Origin: Mobula birostris
Taxonomy: Eukaryota
Direction: 5' to 3'
Assembly (NCBI RefSeq): GCF_030028105.1
Contig: NC_092382.1
Span: 85,274,198 to 85,338,197 of the forward strand
DNA: 64,000 bases
This document shows positions 1 to 12,997 of this stretch, one piece after another. Both the position numbers and the translations under genes were made by a program. The notes under the pieces are model-generated. The model had not been told where the DNA came from. It did not search any database and was given only the letters and a program-made list of their open reading frames with translations. Position 1 is the stretch's first letter. Every line of letters starts with the position of its first letter.

Positions 1-224
1 GTCTCCGATTCTGCAAATCCGTGAGCGTGTACAGCGGGGTTCGGCTTTTGTCGGGAGCGGGAGGGAATACAAGGGGAGAAGGGAGCTCTGACACCTTCAG
101 CCAATTAATTGTTGACCAACTGCGTTAAAAGAAACTCGCGCACGGATAGTGATATCTAAAATGTCCCACGGGCCAGAGCAGGATCCCTTCTCCTATTTCT
201 CCCTCTCCCTCTCCCCCCACCCCA

Positions 225-225
225 C

Positions 226-268
<43 letters not shown>
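225..268. repeat. Compound (CT)n(CA)n microsatellite
   Basis: Directly visible dinucleotide runs. Confidence 0.95.
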
Positions 269-269
<1 letters not shown>

Positions 270-642
270 TAGGACCCGATGACAACTACAACAGAAGAGC
301 TGAAGGGGACTCAGAATACCAGAGGGACCGTGACATTTTACTGTTTTACTGATCGAGACGTCGCAGTGGAGAATGCCGCTGATCGATTTATTTAATTAAA
401 TCCTAACAATGATATTTAAACTGCAAATATGGGAGTTTGAAGTAAAATTAAGTACTGGAATCTCACAAAGTCTGCTAGCAGTTGTAACAAGTAGTCATTC
501 AGATTGTAGACATTGGGGAACTTTCTTTTCTATATCATAGGGAGATCATTTTTTTTTCTGTAACAGAAATGCTTAAATACAATATTAAACGAGTTTTGTG
601 CACAGTTGAAGTGGAATGTAGAACTAGTTTGTTTGGTTTCAG

Positions 643-802
643 CAGAGAAGCCGCTCCCTGCTCCGAGGAATGTCTGCGTGACGGAATCCGCCCTGCGGAT
701 AGGGAGCAGTTGGCAAACAGAGAAATCGCGCTGTCAGTCTCACAGAACAGCAACACCGGCCCCTCCCCCACAGCTACTAAATATCCTTCGCTTGGTTTTC
801 TG
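643..802 (+). other. Candidate internal exon (unknown gene, possibly non-coding)
   Basis: Acceptor tttgtttggtttcAG (641-642, NAGNAG) and donor TG|GTAAGA at 803 bracket a CpG-containing, non-repetitive 160-nt block. No protein family recognised. Confidence 0.3.
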
Positions 803-1279
803 GTAAGAAATTGGAAGAAAAATATATCCAGACGGAGACAGAACATTCTTGGTGAATTGAGGTGAGACTAATTCAGCTTCTGATCTTTATTTCCGATCAG
901 CACGTTATCTGTGTTTCGGATCAGTGAATAAGAAGTCATCAGATCCATTGTAACGCTCCTCTGGTGGTGGCGGTGTTAGTGATCCTGCAGTTTTCCGTCT
1001 GTACGTGTGAGATTTTCCACAGTTTATGTCAAGATTAAAAACTCTTCTGGAACCAGCGGTTACAATTTCAAAGCAAGCGTGTGAAAAGCTGTTTAGCCAA
1101 CACGAGTTCCGTTTCCAAAACTTGTCATTTCAAATGAATTTATGTTGTATTCTCTTTGAAACTGTTTATTGTAGGTGTATCGAGCTGATCTAATCAATGC
1201 CATGTAGAAGCAAAGTCTTTGATTCTGTTCAAGGCTTCGATACATGGAGGAATATGTTCAAACAGTAGAGTAGCAGACG

Positions 1280-1780
1280 GACTTAGAAGTCGTCGTGCAG
1301 GACTCCCAAAACATTAATTTCCAGGTCGAGTAACGAAGGCAAATGCAATGTTGGCATTTATTTCAAGGGGAATAGAATATAAAAGCAAGGAGTTAAAACT
1401 GAGCCTTTATAAGACACTAGGCAGGCCGCACTTGGAGTAATGTCAACAGTTTTGGGCCGAATATATTAGAAAGGATGTGTTGTCATTGGAGAGGGTTGAC
1501 GAGGATGATTCCTGCAATGGCGGTGTTAACATTTAAGCAGCGTTTGGCAGCTATGCACTTGTAGTCACTGGAATTTATAGCAACGCGTGGAGAATCTTAT
1601 TGAAACCCACCAAATGTTGAAAGGACTAAACAGGGTGGATGTCTCTTATGGTGGGGTATCCAGAACTAGCAGGCACACCCGCAAAATTGAGGAGTGACTT
1701 TTTAGAGCGGAGGTAAGGATGATTTTTATTGAGCCAGAGAGTAGCGAGTCTACTGCGGTGGAGGCCAAGTACGTGGATAT
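1280..1780 (+). mobile_element. CR1 LINE, degraded 3' part of ORF2
   Basis: Reads KANAMLAFISRGIEYKSKE...LYKTLxRPHLE, the CR1 C-terminal signature also seen at 49766-50017. Confidence 0.85.
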
Positions 1781-1784
1781 ATTC

Positions 1785-1980
1785 TGTACCGGTCCCACCT
1801 TTCCTGGAAGAGAGCCCAATGATCGAATCATCTTATGCCCTCCCTCCCAAACGAACTCCTTTGCCATGTATTAAACTGTATAATCTTCCTACTCCTGGCC
1901 TCGCTGTCACCTGGCACGGGTAGAAATCCCGAGGTCACAACCCTGGAGCTCCTGATCTTTAACTTAAGCAACGAACTCCT
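1785..1980 (-). mobile_element. CR1 ORF1 (SGNH/esterase-like) fragment
   Basis: Minus strand reads KLKIRSSRVVTSGFLPVP, homologous to KLKSRTCRVVISRLLPVPR at 30985-31251. Confidence 0.7.
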
Positions 1981-2214
1981 CACTTGAGAAAATGGCTTAT
2001 CACCATTGCATAGGAAACCACAACACAGACGCTCTCCCTGTCTGACTTACTCACACCCGGGTGACTTCCGGGCTCACGCTCTTCCTGAACAGCCCTCTTT
2101 CTTCAGTCAGTATCTGCAAGATCATAAAATAAACAACTGAAATGATCTGCTAAAGAGTTCCAGTACTGGTGACTATGTTTTCCCAGTTAAAACACTCTCT
2201 TCTTATTCCCTACC

Positions 2215-3555
2215 TGTTAAAAGGGGGGGCGTTGATGGCGGAAGCGGAGATAAATGCAAGACACAAACAATGAAGTAACAGGACTAGGTTAATCGAGATA
2301 GCAAGGTGAGTCAGGAAGAAACGACGCTGGACATTGACACAGGCGCTGGACGAGACTAGGATTCGGGCCCTGGGCTAGGACGTGGACTAGAAACATGGGA
2401 CCCGGATGGGAAAATAAGAACGAGGAGCCTGGCATAGGAACACGGAACTCCGAAACCAGAGCATGGACAAGGACATGGAATCTGGGTCTTGACTCAGAAC
2501 CGGAACCCGGGTCCAGGCTATGACTCGGGACTAGGATCTTGGAAATGACAGGACGTGGCTACAGGACAGGACGTGGTACTCCAGCACAGGACGAGTTACC
2601 ACAGCAGCGGGCTGGGCGAGGAACTCCTGGGTGGGGCGAGGAAGCGGAACTAGATGAGGACACGAACCTCAGATTTGGACAGGGTTGGAACACGACGTCT
2701 GGAATTGATCTTGGAACACAGGAACACAGAGCCTTAGTCTTAAACTGAACGCTCAGAGCCTTGGATGTGGACTGGACACTCAGAGCCTTGGATGTGTACT
2801 GGACGAGGTATTTTTGGGCAGGCCGAGGTACTCCAGGGAAGGACGTGGATCTTGGACTAGGTTTGGCTCGGTTCTTGGATTCGGCTTATTGGGTGCAGAG
2901 CCGGGACTCCTCCTTGGAGCGCAAGGCCGGGACTCTTTCTAGGACGTAGGGCCGGGATGCTTTCTAGGACGCGAGGCCAGGATGACGGCCGAGGCCACTT
3001 GCCCAGGGAACTGCTGAGGTACTCCTGGACTGGACGAGAGACTCCTGGACTGGACGAGAACACAAAGCCTTGACTTGGACAGGACTGGAACATGGCACCT
3101 GGGACGTGGAACACAGGAACACAGAACACAGAGCCGGGACCCCTCCTTGGAAACAGGACTTAGGGCCAGGGTCTTACACAGTGTCAGGATCCCTCCTTAG
3201 GAACAGGACCTAGGGCTAGGACTCTTCTTTGACATGGACACTGAAAACGGGGACACAAAGAGATAGTTCCAAACTCAACGGTAGATAGTTTCTTATCTTG
3301 GCGTGGCGAGGCTCCTGTCTCACTCCGGCAGTTGAACTTGACAGGCATGCAGGCGAGGCTGCAGAAGGAAGGGGAAGGGAACAGCCCAGCAGGGAAACTT
3401 GGTTTGAGAGGTATTTATGTGCCAGCCCAAAACGGGAATCAGGTGCCTCAATTAAGGCACCCAAAGGAACAAGAGAACACAGGGAAACCCAGAATAAGGA
3501 ATTGGAAGACCGGACCGTGAACCGGAATGCAGACTTCTTGGACCGGACCATGACA
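2215..3555 (-). mobile_element. Solo LTR (Gypsy-type), family A copy 1
   Basis: TG...CA ends (TGTTAA/ATGACA); exact 5-bp TSD CTACC at 2210-2214 and 3556-3560; homologous to 9859-11166 and 20762-21941. Confidence 0.85.
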
Positions 3556-4144
3556 CTACCCTGCTCACGTTCACTTTGCCAACTCCAGATATTCCGCCAG
3601 ATCCGAACCCACTGTGAGGACATTTACATCTCACAGGACGCTGTTCAAACCCCTGTCCAGCTCTAATGCAGAGGTCACTTATACCCTACCCCACTTCCTA
3701 ATCTGCAGTCGCAGCCCATGACGGTTACAGCTGTTTCGAGACCTGAGATTCTGGGGCTCTGTAACAAACACAATGTTAATAACAAGATGCGACAGTAATT
3801 AAGGTGAAAAGTGAATTGTTGGTTCCTGAAAGGACACATATCCCGTCTGATCCAATGGACTAGATCCTCCCTAGTTTACAACTTAATTTTCCCTAGGTGA
3901 TGGAACTACCAATCATCTCACATTCTCCCCACCAAAGTCTACAGTCCCACGCCCTTCCCCCAACTTACCTAACACCCAGAAATCCACCCATAACTTCTAC
4001 CCACACACAGGCAGATCCCCTTCACCCCAAACCACCACCCAGCTCCGGGAACCGCAAGTAACCGATCCCACAGCTCGGGCTCCGTTGCAAAGCTAAAACC
4101 GGCCTCTGAACCGGAGACGCCGGAGCCTAGAGCCTAGAGCCGGT

Positions 4145-4360
4145 AAATTTGCTGTTGACACAAAGGTTGGGGATGTTGTGGATAGTGTGGAGGGCTATCA
4201 GAGTTTACAGTGGGTCATCGATAGGTTGCAAAACTGGGCTGAGAAGTGGCAGATGGCGTTCAACCCAGAGAAGTGTGAGGTACTTCATTTTGGTAGGTGA
4301 AATATGATGGCAGAATATAGTATTAATGGTAAGACTCTTGGCAGTGTGGAAGTTCAGAGA
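4145..4360 (+). mobile_element. CR1 RT fragment
   Basis: KFAVDTKVG (from KFADDTK) ... WAEKWQMAFNPEKCEVLHFGR. Confidence 0.85.
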
Positions 4361-4959
4361 GATTTATCTAATAAGACCCCGGACTGGTCCATTCTTGCCC
4401 CCCCCCCAACACCACACCTATCCTCAATTTGTCTGGACCATTGACCCCATCTCCAGCTCAACAGTCTGCCGGTGTTTGCCCCCAATGTGGTGAATCCCTC
4501 TGCTCGCCACCACCGTGGCCTCAGACATTTCCACAAACGAGCCCCTCCTGTTCCCACCGTGAGAAACATCCTGTCCGCTCCCTCTCACATCACCGTTATC
4601 CTTTCAATAAAATCCACCCCACCCCCTCTGCTGGGAATCCTCCCTCCCCGGGAAACTGGCATCAATCCAACGGGCGGAGTGGTCTCCTCCTACCTCTCAG
4701 CTATACATCATTCTCCGGCCACAGAGACTCATCACAAACGCCCCCAATTTCTCTCAGGGGAAATTGAAATAAATCAAATACCGTGACATTTGCTCTGTGT
4801 TTTGTTCCGCTTTAAGGGGGATTTTGGAGCCGAAGCGGGAGACATCGTCAGTGGTGGTAATGCCCTCTCGACTGGCCCACCTCCGCTATTAGGGGTAAAG
4901 AAGTGATTGACTTCTATTTGCATCACTGGGAATAACGTAGCTCGTAAATACTCTGTTGA

Positions 4960-5080
4960 CAGCGGCGGAGGGACTGAGCTAAATTGAGTACAGTAGTACA
5001 AACCATTAAACCCGTCTGAGCGCGGGCCGGGCAGCGCGTTTATGACGTAAAATACCGGACTAGTGACGTCAAATCCCGAT
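4960..5080. promoter_or_regulatory. CpG-rich patch with two CRE/ATF-type sites (candidate promoter)
   Basis: TGACGTAA at 5043-5050 and the perfect palindrome TGACGTCA at 5064-5071, next to a GC/CpG-rich stretch (gagcgcgggccgggcagcgcg). Confidence 0.35.
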
Positions 5081-5565
5081 GTGCGTCCGGGCCTCCACGT
5101 CCTCATCCAGGTCATTTATAAATATCACGAAGAGCTGGGACCCAGAACAGATTGATGAGGCACACAACTGGTCACGGACCTCCATGCAGAATATGACACG
5201 TTTGCAACCACTCTTTGCCTTCTGTGGGAAAGCTAGTTCTGAATCCACAAAACAATATCCTCTTGGATTCCATGCCTCCTTACTTTCTCAATAAGACTCG
5301 CATGGGGTACCTTATCTGATGCCTTGCTGAAATCCATTTACACTATATCTACTTCTTTACCTTCATCAATGTGTTTAGTCACATCCTCAAAAAAAAAAAA
5401 TCAATCAGGCTCTAAGGCACGACCTGCCTTTCACAAAACCATGCTGACTATTCCTAATCATACCATGCCTTTCCAAATGTTCTAAGTCCTACTTCTCAGG
5501 ATCGGTTCCATCAACTTACCAACTACTGAAGTAAGACTCACTGGTCTGTAATTTCCTGGCCTATC
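5080..5565 (-). mobile_element. CR1 RT fragment
   Basis: Reverse strand matches NYRPVSLTSVVGKL...QHGFVKGRSCL...DFSKAxDKVPH...YINDLDE. Confidence 0.85.
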
Positions 5566-5987
5566 TAATATTCAATGACAGGACCGGTTGGAGGGGCCGA
5601 GTGGCCTGCTCCTGTTCCTGTTATCTGTGTGTTTAAAGAAGAGGAATAACGGGCCCCTTCTTCAGCCTGCAGGATTTCCCAGCGGGTGTTGTAACCATCG
5701 GTGTTTGAGGCCAATTGTTCCCAAACGGTCATCAATTTAGCTGAGAGGGCAGATTCAACATATCCAAGTCTGTTATCGACAAATAATGTAGAATTATGTA
5801 TCGTTAATGACACAAAATCGATATTTTTATATTGTTGCTGACAGAGAATTTTATAATTGATGTTCCGTGTGTTATCTGAATGCACGTGTCTGTGATGCTG
5901 TTGCAAGTCAGTGTTTCTCTGTACCTGTACCTTCCCGTACTTGTGCACTTGGCAATAAATTCAACAGGACCTGAGAAAACGTGGATA

Positions 5988-6190
5988 CATAGAAACATAG
6001 AAAAACATACAGCACAATACAGGCCCTTCGGCCCACAAAGCTGTGCCAATCATGTTCCTATCTTAGAAGTACCTAGACTTTACACATAGCCCTCTATTTT
6101 CCTCAGCTCCATGCAGCCATCCAGGAGTCTCTTAAAGGACCCTATCGTTTCCGCCTCCACCACCGCCGCCGGCAGCCCATTCCACACTAC
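5988..6190 (-). mobile_element. CR1 3' end/UTR
   Basis: Reverse complement of the (TTTCTATG)n tail and the GGGCCGAAGGGCCTGT terminal hairpin. A second copy lies at ~15060-15320. Confidence 0.8.
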
Positions 6191-6229
6191 TCAGTGAGAT
6201 CTGAGTAGTGATGATCATCTTGGGACCTC

Positions 6230-8250
6230 GGTAGTTTGAAAAAAATGCAAGACCCTTTGGAGTGTCGATGAGCACGGGGATCTTGGAGCCCCAGTTCATT
6301 GTTCCCTGGAAGTGACTACACATATTGACTTTATTATTTACTACGCATGCTTAATTTTATTATTCGAGGCATTGAGTTCAGAAGTCAGGAAGTTGTGTTG
6401 CAAATTTATAAAATTCTAGTTAGACCACATCTGGAGTATATCATACAGTTCTGGTTGACCCATTCTGGGAAGCATCTTGAGGCTTTGGAGAGGGTGCAGA
6501 AGAGGTTTACCAGGATATTGCCTGGATTAGATGACATGTTCCTATCTCTCAACATTAGCAGAGATAGGAACAGACAAGTTAGAAAAGCGTTTAAGTGGAG
6601 TACGGGGAGTATGGGTATAGAATGAGGTGGAGGATAAATCCTGGCTGAGGGATTGGAGCAGGGGGCAGGGTTTCAGATTTCTGGATCATTGGGACCTCTT
6701 TTGGGGCAGCTGTGACCTGTACAAAAAGAATGGGTTGCACTTTAATTCCAGTGGTCCAATATCCTGGAGGGGAGGTTTGCTAAGGATACTGAGGAGAGTT
6801 TAAACTAGAATTGTTGGGGGGGGGGCGAGACCGAACTGAAGAGACTGGGGAAGAGGCGGTTGGCTCACAAATGGAGAAAGCTTGGAGACAGTGTGTGAGG
6901 GAGGATAGGCAGGTGATAGAGAAGGGACGTGCTCAGACCGATGGTTTGAGATGTATCTATTTTAACGCAAGGAGAATTGTGAACAAAACGGATGAGCTTA
7001 GCGCGTGGATCAGTACTTGGAAATATGACGTGGTGACCATTACAGAGACTTGGATGGCTCAGGGACAGGAATGGTTACTTCAAGTGCCGGGTTTTAGATG
7101 TTTCAGAAAGGACAGGGAAGGAGGCAAAAGAGGTGGGGACGTGGGACTGTTGATCAGAGATAGTGACACGGCTGCAGAAAAGGTGGAGAAGTTGGTAAAA
7201 GAGGGATTGTCTACGGAGTCTCTGTTGGTGGAGGTTAGGAACAGGAAGAGGTCAATAACTTGACTGGGTGTTTTTTATAAACCGCCCAATAGTAACAGGG
7301 ATATCGAGGAGCAGATAGGGAAGCAGATCTTGGAAAGGTGTAATAATAACAGAGTTGTCGTGATGGGAGAGTATAATTTTCCGAATATCCATTGGCATCT
7401 CCCTAGAGCTAGAGGTTTAGATAGGGTTGAGTTTGTTAGGTGTATCCAGGAAGGTTTCGTGACAAAATATGTAGAAAAGCCTACAAGAGGAGAGGCTGTA
7501 CTTGATTTGGTATTGAGAAATGAACCTGGTCAGGTGTCAGATCTCTCAGTGAGAGAGCATTTTGGAGATAGTGATCATAATTCTATCTCCTTTACAATAG
7601 CATTGGAGAGAGATAGGAACAGACAAGTTATAAAAGCGTTTAATTGGAGTAAGGAGAATTGTGAGGCTATCAGGCAGGAAATTGGAAGCTTAAATTGGGA
7701 ACAGATGTTCTCAGGGAAAAGTGCGGAAGAAATGTGGCAAATGTTCAGGGAATACAGTAGTTGTGTGGAATTCTGCACAGGTACGCTCCAATGAGACAGG
7801 GGAGTTATGTTAGGGTACAGGAACCGTGGTGTACAAAGGCTGTAATAAATCTAGTCAAGAAGGAAAGAAAAGCTGACAAAAGCTTCAGAGACCTACGTAA
7901 TGTTAGGGATCTAGAAGATTATAAGGCTAACAGGAAGGATCTTAAGAAGGAAATTAGGAGAGCCAGAAGGGGCCATGAGAAGGCCTTAGTGGGCAGGATT
8001 AAAGAAAACCGTAAGGCACTCTACAAGTATGTGAAGAGCAAGAGGACAAGACATGAAAGAATAGGACCTATCAACTGTGACAGTGGGAAAGTATGTATGG
8101 AACCGGAAGAAATAGCAAAGGTACTTTATGAATACCTTCAGTATTCACTATGGAAAAGGATCTTTGTGATTGTAGTGATGACTTGCAGCAGACTGAAAAG
8201 CTTGAGCATGTAGATATTAAGAAAGAGGATGTGTTGGAGCTTTTGGTAAG
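6230..8250 (+). mobile_element. CR1 pieces: ORF2 C-terminal fragment, then ORF1 end and AP-endonuclease/linker of ORF2 (disrupted)
   Basis: ORFs 6347-6625 (RPHLEY...LERVQKRFTR), 6811-7263 (YFNARxI...ITETW...FRKDR...GG), 7330-7794 (NFPNIHW, PTRGEAVLDLV, SDHN) and 7761-8213. Confidence 0.9.
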
Positions 8251-8254
8251 CATC

Positions 8255-9565
8255 AATAGACAATAGGTGCAGGAGTAGGCCATTCGGCCCTTCGAGCCAG
8301 CACTGCCATTCACCGTGATCATGGCTGATCATCCACAATCAGTACCCCGCCCCTGCCTTCTCGCCAAATCCCTTGACTCCGCTATCATTAACAGCTCCAT
8401 CTAACTCTTTCTTGAAAGCATCCAGAGAATTGGCCTCCACTGCTTTCTGAGGCAGAGCATTCCACAGATCCACAGATCTCTGGGTGAAAAAAAGTTTTCC
8501 TCAACTCCGTTCTAAATTGTCTACTCCTTATTCTCAAACTGTGCCATTTGGTTCTGGACTCCCGCAACATCGGGAACATGCTTCCTGCCTCCAGCGTGTC
8601 CAAATCCCTTAATAATCTTACATGTTTCAATCAGATCCCCTCTTATCCTTCTACATTCCAGTGTATACAAGCCCAGTCGATCCAATCTTTCAACATATGA
8701 AAGTCCCGCCATCCAGGGAATTACACTTGATAACCTACGCTGCAGTCCCTCAGTAACAAGAATGTCCTTCCTCAAATTCGGAGACCGAAACTGTACACAG
8801 TACTCCAGGTGTGGTCTCACCAGGGCGCTGTACAACAACAAGAGGATCTCTTCGCTCCTACACTCAACTCCCCTCGTTATGAAGGCCAAGATGCCATTAG
8901 CTTTTTTCACAGTAAGTGTATCTGCATACTTACTTTCAGTGACTGATGAACAAGGACACCTAGATCTCGTTATGCTTCCCCTTTTTCTAACTTGGCACCA
9001 TTCAGATAGTAATCTGCCTTCCTGTTCTTGCTACCAAAGTGGATAACCTCACATTTATCCATATTAAACTGCATCTGCCTTACATCTGCCCACTCACTTA
9101 ACCTATCATAACCTCCCCCGCACATTCCACACTGCCACCCAGATTTGTGTTATCTGCAAATTTGCTAATGTTACTTTTAATCCCTTCATCTAAATCATTA
9201 ATATATATTGTAAATAGCTGCGGTCCCAGCACCAAGACTTGCAGTACCCCACTAGTCACCGCCTGCCATTCTGAAAGGGACCTGTTAATCCCTACTCTTT
9301 GTTTCCTGTTAGCCAACTAATTTTCTATCCATGTCAGTAGTCTACACCCAAAACCATGTGATCTAATTTTGCCCACTAATCCCCTATGTGGGACCTTATC
9401 AAAGGCTTTCTGAAAGTCCAGGTACTTTACGTCCACTGGCTCTCCCGTGTCCATTTTCACAGTTACATCGTCAGAAAATTCCAGAAGATTAGTGAAGCAT
9501 AATTTCCCCTTCATAAATCCCTGCCAACTCGGATCGATCCTGTTACCGCTATCCAAATGTGCATA
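8255..9565 (-). mobile_element. CR1 LINE, 5'-truncated (RT to 3' UTR), antisense to neighbour
   Basis: ORFs 9317-9613 (YLDFQKAFDKVPH), 9098-9316 (KFADNT), 8521-8910 (RPHLEYCVQF); terminal GGGCCGAATGGCCTACTCC motif near 8290-8310. Confidence 0.9.
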
Positions 9566-9858
9566 ATGCAATGAGATTACAAATAAATATGGAAAAGGAG
9601 AGCTCTGGACCACGGGGTGAGATTCTAAATTGGAAAAAGGTCAATTTGATGGTATCAGAAAGCATCTGACAAGTGTGGATTGGGACAGGCTGTTTTCTGG
9701 CAAAGGAGTACTTGGTAAGTGGGAGGCCTTCAGAACTGAAATTCTGAGGGTGTCAAGTTTGTATGTGTCTGCCAAAATAAAAGTTGAAAGGTAACTGGTG
9801 CAGGGAACATTGGTTTTCAAGAGATATTGAGGCCCCGGATATTTTGTTCCTCTAAATG

Positions 9859-11166
9859 TGTCATAGTTGGGAACAGACCCAAATGCAAGGCACAGACGTT
9901 GAAGTACAAGGAACAGCACTTGACTAGAGTAGGGACGTGACAGGATACAGACAAGGAGCAGGGACAAGAATGCAGACTTGGGTTTGGACCCCGAGCCAGA
10001 GACTGTACAAGGACCCAGAACCTGGGTCCTGCCTCGAGCTCGGGCCCCAGAACCAGGCATGGACATGACATGACTGCAGGACTGGAGGCTGGGGTCTTGA
10101 GACCTGAGGCTTGGAGACAGGCTTGGGGACTTGAGGCTTGAGGCTTGGATACAGGCTTGGGGACTTGAGGCTTGAGGCTTGGAGACAGGCTTGAGGTCTT
10201 GAGGCTTGAACCTGGAGACAGGCTTAGGGTCTTGTGGCTTGAGGCTGGAGTCTTGGTCTTGAGGCTTGAGGCTGGGGTCTTGCTCTTGAGGCTAGGGTAC
10301 TTCGAGGCTTGGGTATCAACTCCGAGCCAGAGACCGAGCAAGGACCCAGAACCTGGGATTTGACTCAGGCTCGGACTCCAGAACTAGGCGAAGACAAAAC
10401 GAGGCTACAGGACTGGACATGGCTTGGGTGAGGAACTCCTGGGTAGGGCGAGACACAAGGACAGGTAAAGGCACATGGACAGGACTCGGATAGGACTGGA
10501 CTAGGCACGCACTGGACGAGGACATTCAGGAGCATGGAGCCTTGGACTAAAAGAGATGGGAGCATGGAGCCTTGGACTAGGGGAGACGAGAGCATGGAAC
10601 ACAGAGCCGGGATCCCTCCTTGGGAACAGGATGAAGGGCTGGGACTCATACACGTAACACATAGTCGGGACCCCTCCTTGGGAACAGGACGCAGGGCCGG
10701 AACTCATACACAGAACACTGAACACTGAAACAGATTCCCACACAAATTGGCAGCAAACAGCCGGACCCACCTAGCGAAGGCGTGGACACAGAGAAACATT
10801 TCCACACAACGAAATAAAGTGCCTTATCTTGACTTAACAAGGCTCTGGTCTTGTTCCGGCAGTAATACTTCAGCGATACAGGCGAGGTATCCAGGCTTGG
10901 TAAGCAGGCAGAGAGTCAGGCGAGTTATCCAAGCAGAGAGTCAGGTGAGGTATCCAGGCAGAGAGTCAGGCGAGGAGGGAAAGTCAAGGAGGGGAACAGA
11001 ACAGTCCAGCAGGGAATTCCTGTTTTGCAGAGGTATTTATGTCTCACTCCCAAAATGAGAATCATGTGCCCACAGCAGGAACTGGGGAAAACCGGAAACC
11101 CCGGAACAAGGAACCATAGACCAGACCATGAACCGGAACACGGACTTTACAGACTGGACTATGAGA
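9859..11166 (-). mobile_element. Solo LTR (Gypsy-type), family A copy 2
   Basis: TGTCAT...ATGAGA ends; exact 5-bp TSD AAATG at 9854-9858 and 11167-11171; internal (GAGGCTT)n-type repeats. Confidence 0.85.
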
Positions 11167-11499
11167 AAATGCCTCAGTCTGTTGGGTGCAACCAAGGCAC
11201 ATTAATGACTACAATATCATAATTCTGAGCTTGAGCTCATCCGACATTTTTAGTTGTCTTCCATTGGTTCCGAAAAGCTTCCAAATGTTTTTTGCTCTTT
11301 TATTTGCCCTCTCTTTAGCTTTTATGTTGGCTTTGGCTTCTCATTTTAGCCACAGCTGTGTCCTTCTGCCTTTCCAAATCTTTCACCCCTTTGGGATGTA
11401 TCTATCACTCACTTCCCGCATTGTTCCCAGAAACTCCAGCCATTGCTGCTCCATTGTATTCGTACAAGTTTCCCCTTCCAATCAAGTTTTGGGCAGCTT

Positions 11500-12997
11500 C
11501 TCTGTAATAGAAATATGGAGAAGGTCATTACAGAAATATACCCACTCTGGAAGATCAAAATGGTAATCTATACGAGGAGGCAAGAGAGATGGGAGATATT
11601 TTAAATATTACTTTTGCACCTGTATTTACTCAGGAGACGGTTACAGAGTCTATAGAAGTGAGGCAAAGCAGCATCAACTTCATGGACCCTGTACAGATTA
11701 CAGAGGTGGAGGTGTTTGCTGTCTTAAGGCAAATTAGCGTGGATAAATCCCCAGAGCCTGACAAGTTGTTCCCTGGGACCCTGCAGAAGACAAGTGCAGA
11801 AATTTATGGAGACCAAGCACAGATATTTAAATCAAACTTAGTGACAGGCGAGGGACTGGAGGATTGGAGGATAGCCAATGTTGTTCCGTTGTTCAAGAAA
11901 CGTTCTAAAAATAAACTACGAAATAGTACATCGGTGAGCTTGACATCAGTAGTTGGAAAGTTATTGGAACATATGAGCAGGAACCGGATATGTAAGTATT
12001 TGGATAGATGTGGACTGATTAAGGATAGGCAACATGTCTTTGTGCATGGTAGGTCATGTCTAACCAACTTTATAGAGGTTCTCAAGGAAATTATCAGGAA
12101 AGTGGACGAAGGCAAGGCAGTTGATGTTTTCTACATGGACTTTAGCAAGGCACTTGGCAAAGTCTCATATGGAAGGTGGGTCAAGAAGGTTCAGTCATTC
12201 AGCATTCAAGATGAGATATTAAATTGGGTGAGACACTGAATTTGTGAGAAGCTGGAGTGTGGTTGCAGATGGTTGCCTCTCTGACTGGAGGCCTGTGACT
12301 AGTGATGTGACATAGGGATCAGTGCTGTATCTGTTGTTGTTTGTCATCTATGTCAGTAATCTGGTTGATAACATGGTTAACTGGATCAGCAAATTTGTGG
12401 ATGAAACCAAGAATGGGGGTTTAGCGGACTGCGAGAAGACTATCTTAACTTGCAGTGCGAACTGGACCAGCTGGAAAAATGGCTTGAGAAATGGAAAATG
12501 GAATTTAATGCACACTAGTGCGAGTTGTTGAACTTTGGTAGGACCTACTAGTGTAGGTCTTACACAGTGATTGGTAGGGCACTGAGGAGTGTTGTTGAAG
12601 GAAGGGATCTGGGAATACAGACCTGACGAAGGGTCTCGGCCCGAAACGTCGACTCTATCTCTTCCTAGAGATGCTCCCTGGCCTGCTGCGTTACCCAGTA
12701 ACTTTGATGTGTGTTGCTTGAATTTCCAGCATCTGCAGAATTCCTCATGTTTACGTCTGGGAATACAGGTCTATATTTCACTCAAAGTGGTATCACAGGT
12801 AGATAGAGATGGGAAGAAAGATTTTGGCACATTGGCCTTCATAAACCAAAGTACTAAGTACAGGAGATGGATTTATGTTGACATTGTACAAAACACTGGT
12901 GAGGCCTAATTTGTAGTATTGGGTGCAGTTTTGGTCACCAACCAACAGGAAGATGTAAAAGCAGTTGAAAGAGTTCAGAGAAAATTCACAAGGATTT
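11500..12997 (+). mobile_element. CR1 ORF2 RT region (degraded)
   Basis: ORF 11589-12239 (KSPEPD, DWRIANVVPLFKK, SLTSVVGKLLE, YMDFSKA) and downstream fragments. Confidence 0.9.
12621..12755 (+). mobile_element. Short Penelope-derived insertion with minimal hammerhead ribozyme motif
   Basis: 13-bp TSD TCTGGGAATACAG (12608-12620, 12756-12768); CTGACGA (12623-12629), stem II, GAAACGTC (12643-12650). The site is empty in the duplicate CR1 at ~14135. Confidence 0.85.

Noticed and set aside
10080-10310. Short direct repeats resembling a CRISPR array
   Set aside because: Irregular 7-mer-based minisatellite with no unique spacers and no cas genes, in a vertebrate context.
9817-10341. 174-aa S/P/K-rich ORF and other ORFs inside the family-A LTRs
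   Set aside because: Produced by stop-poor tandem repeats within solo LTRs; not conserved between the three copies.
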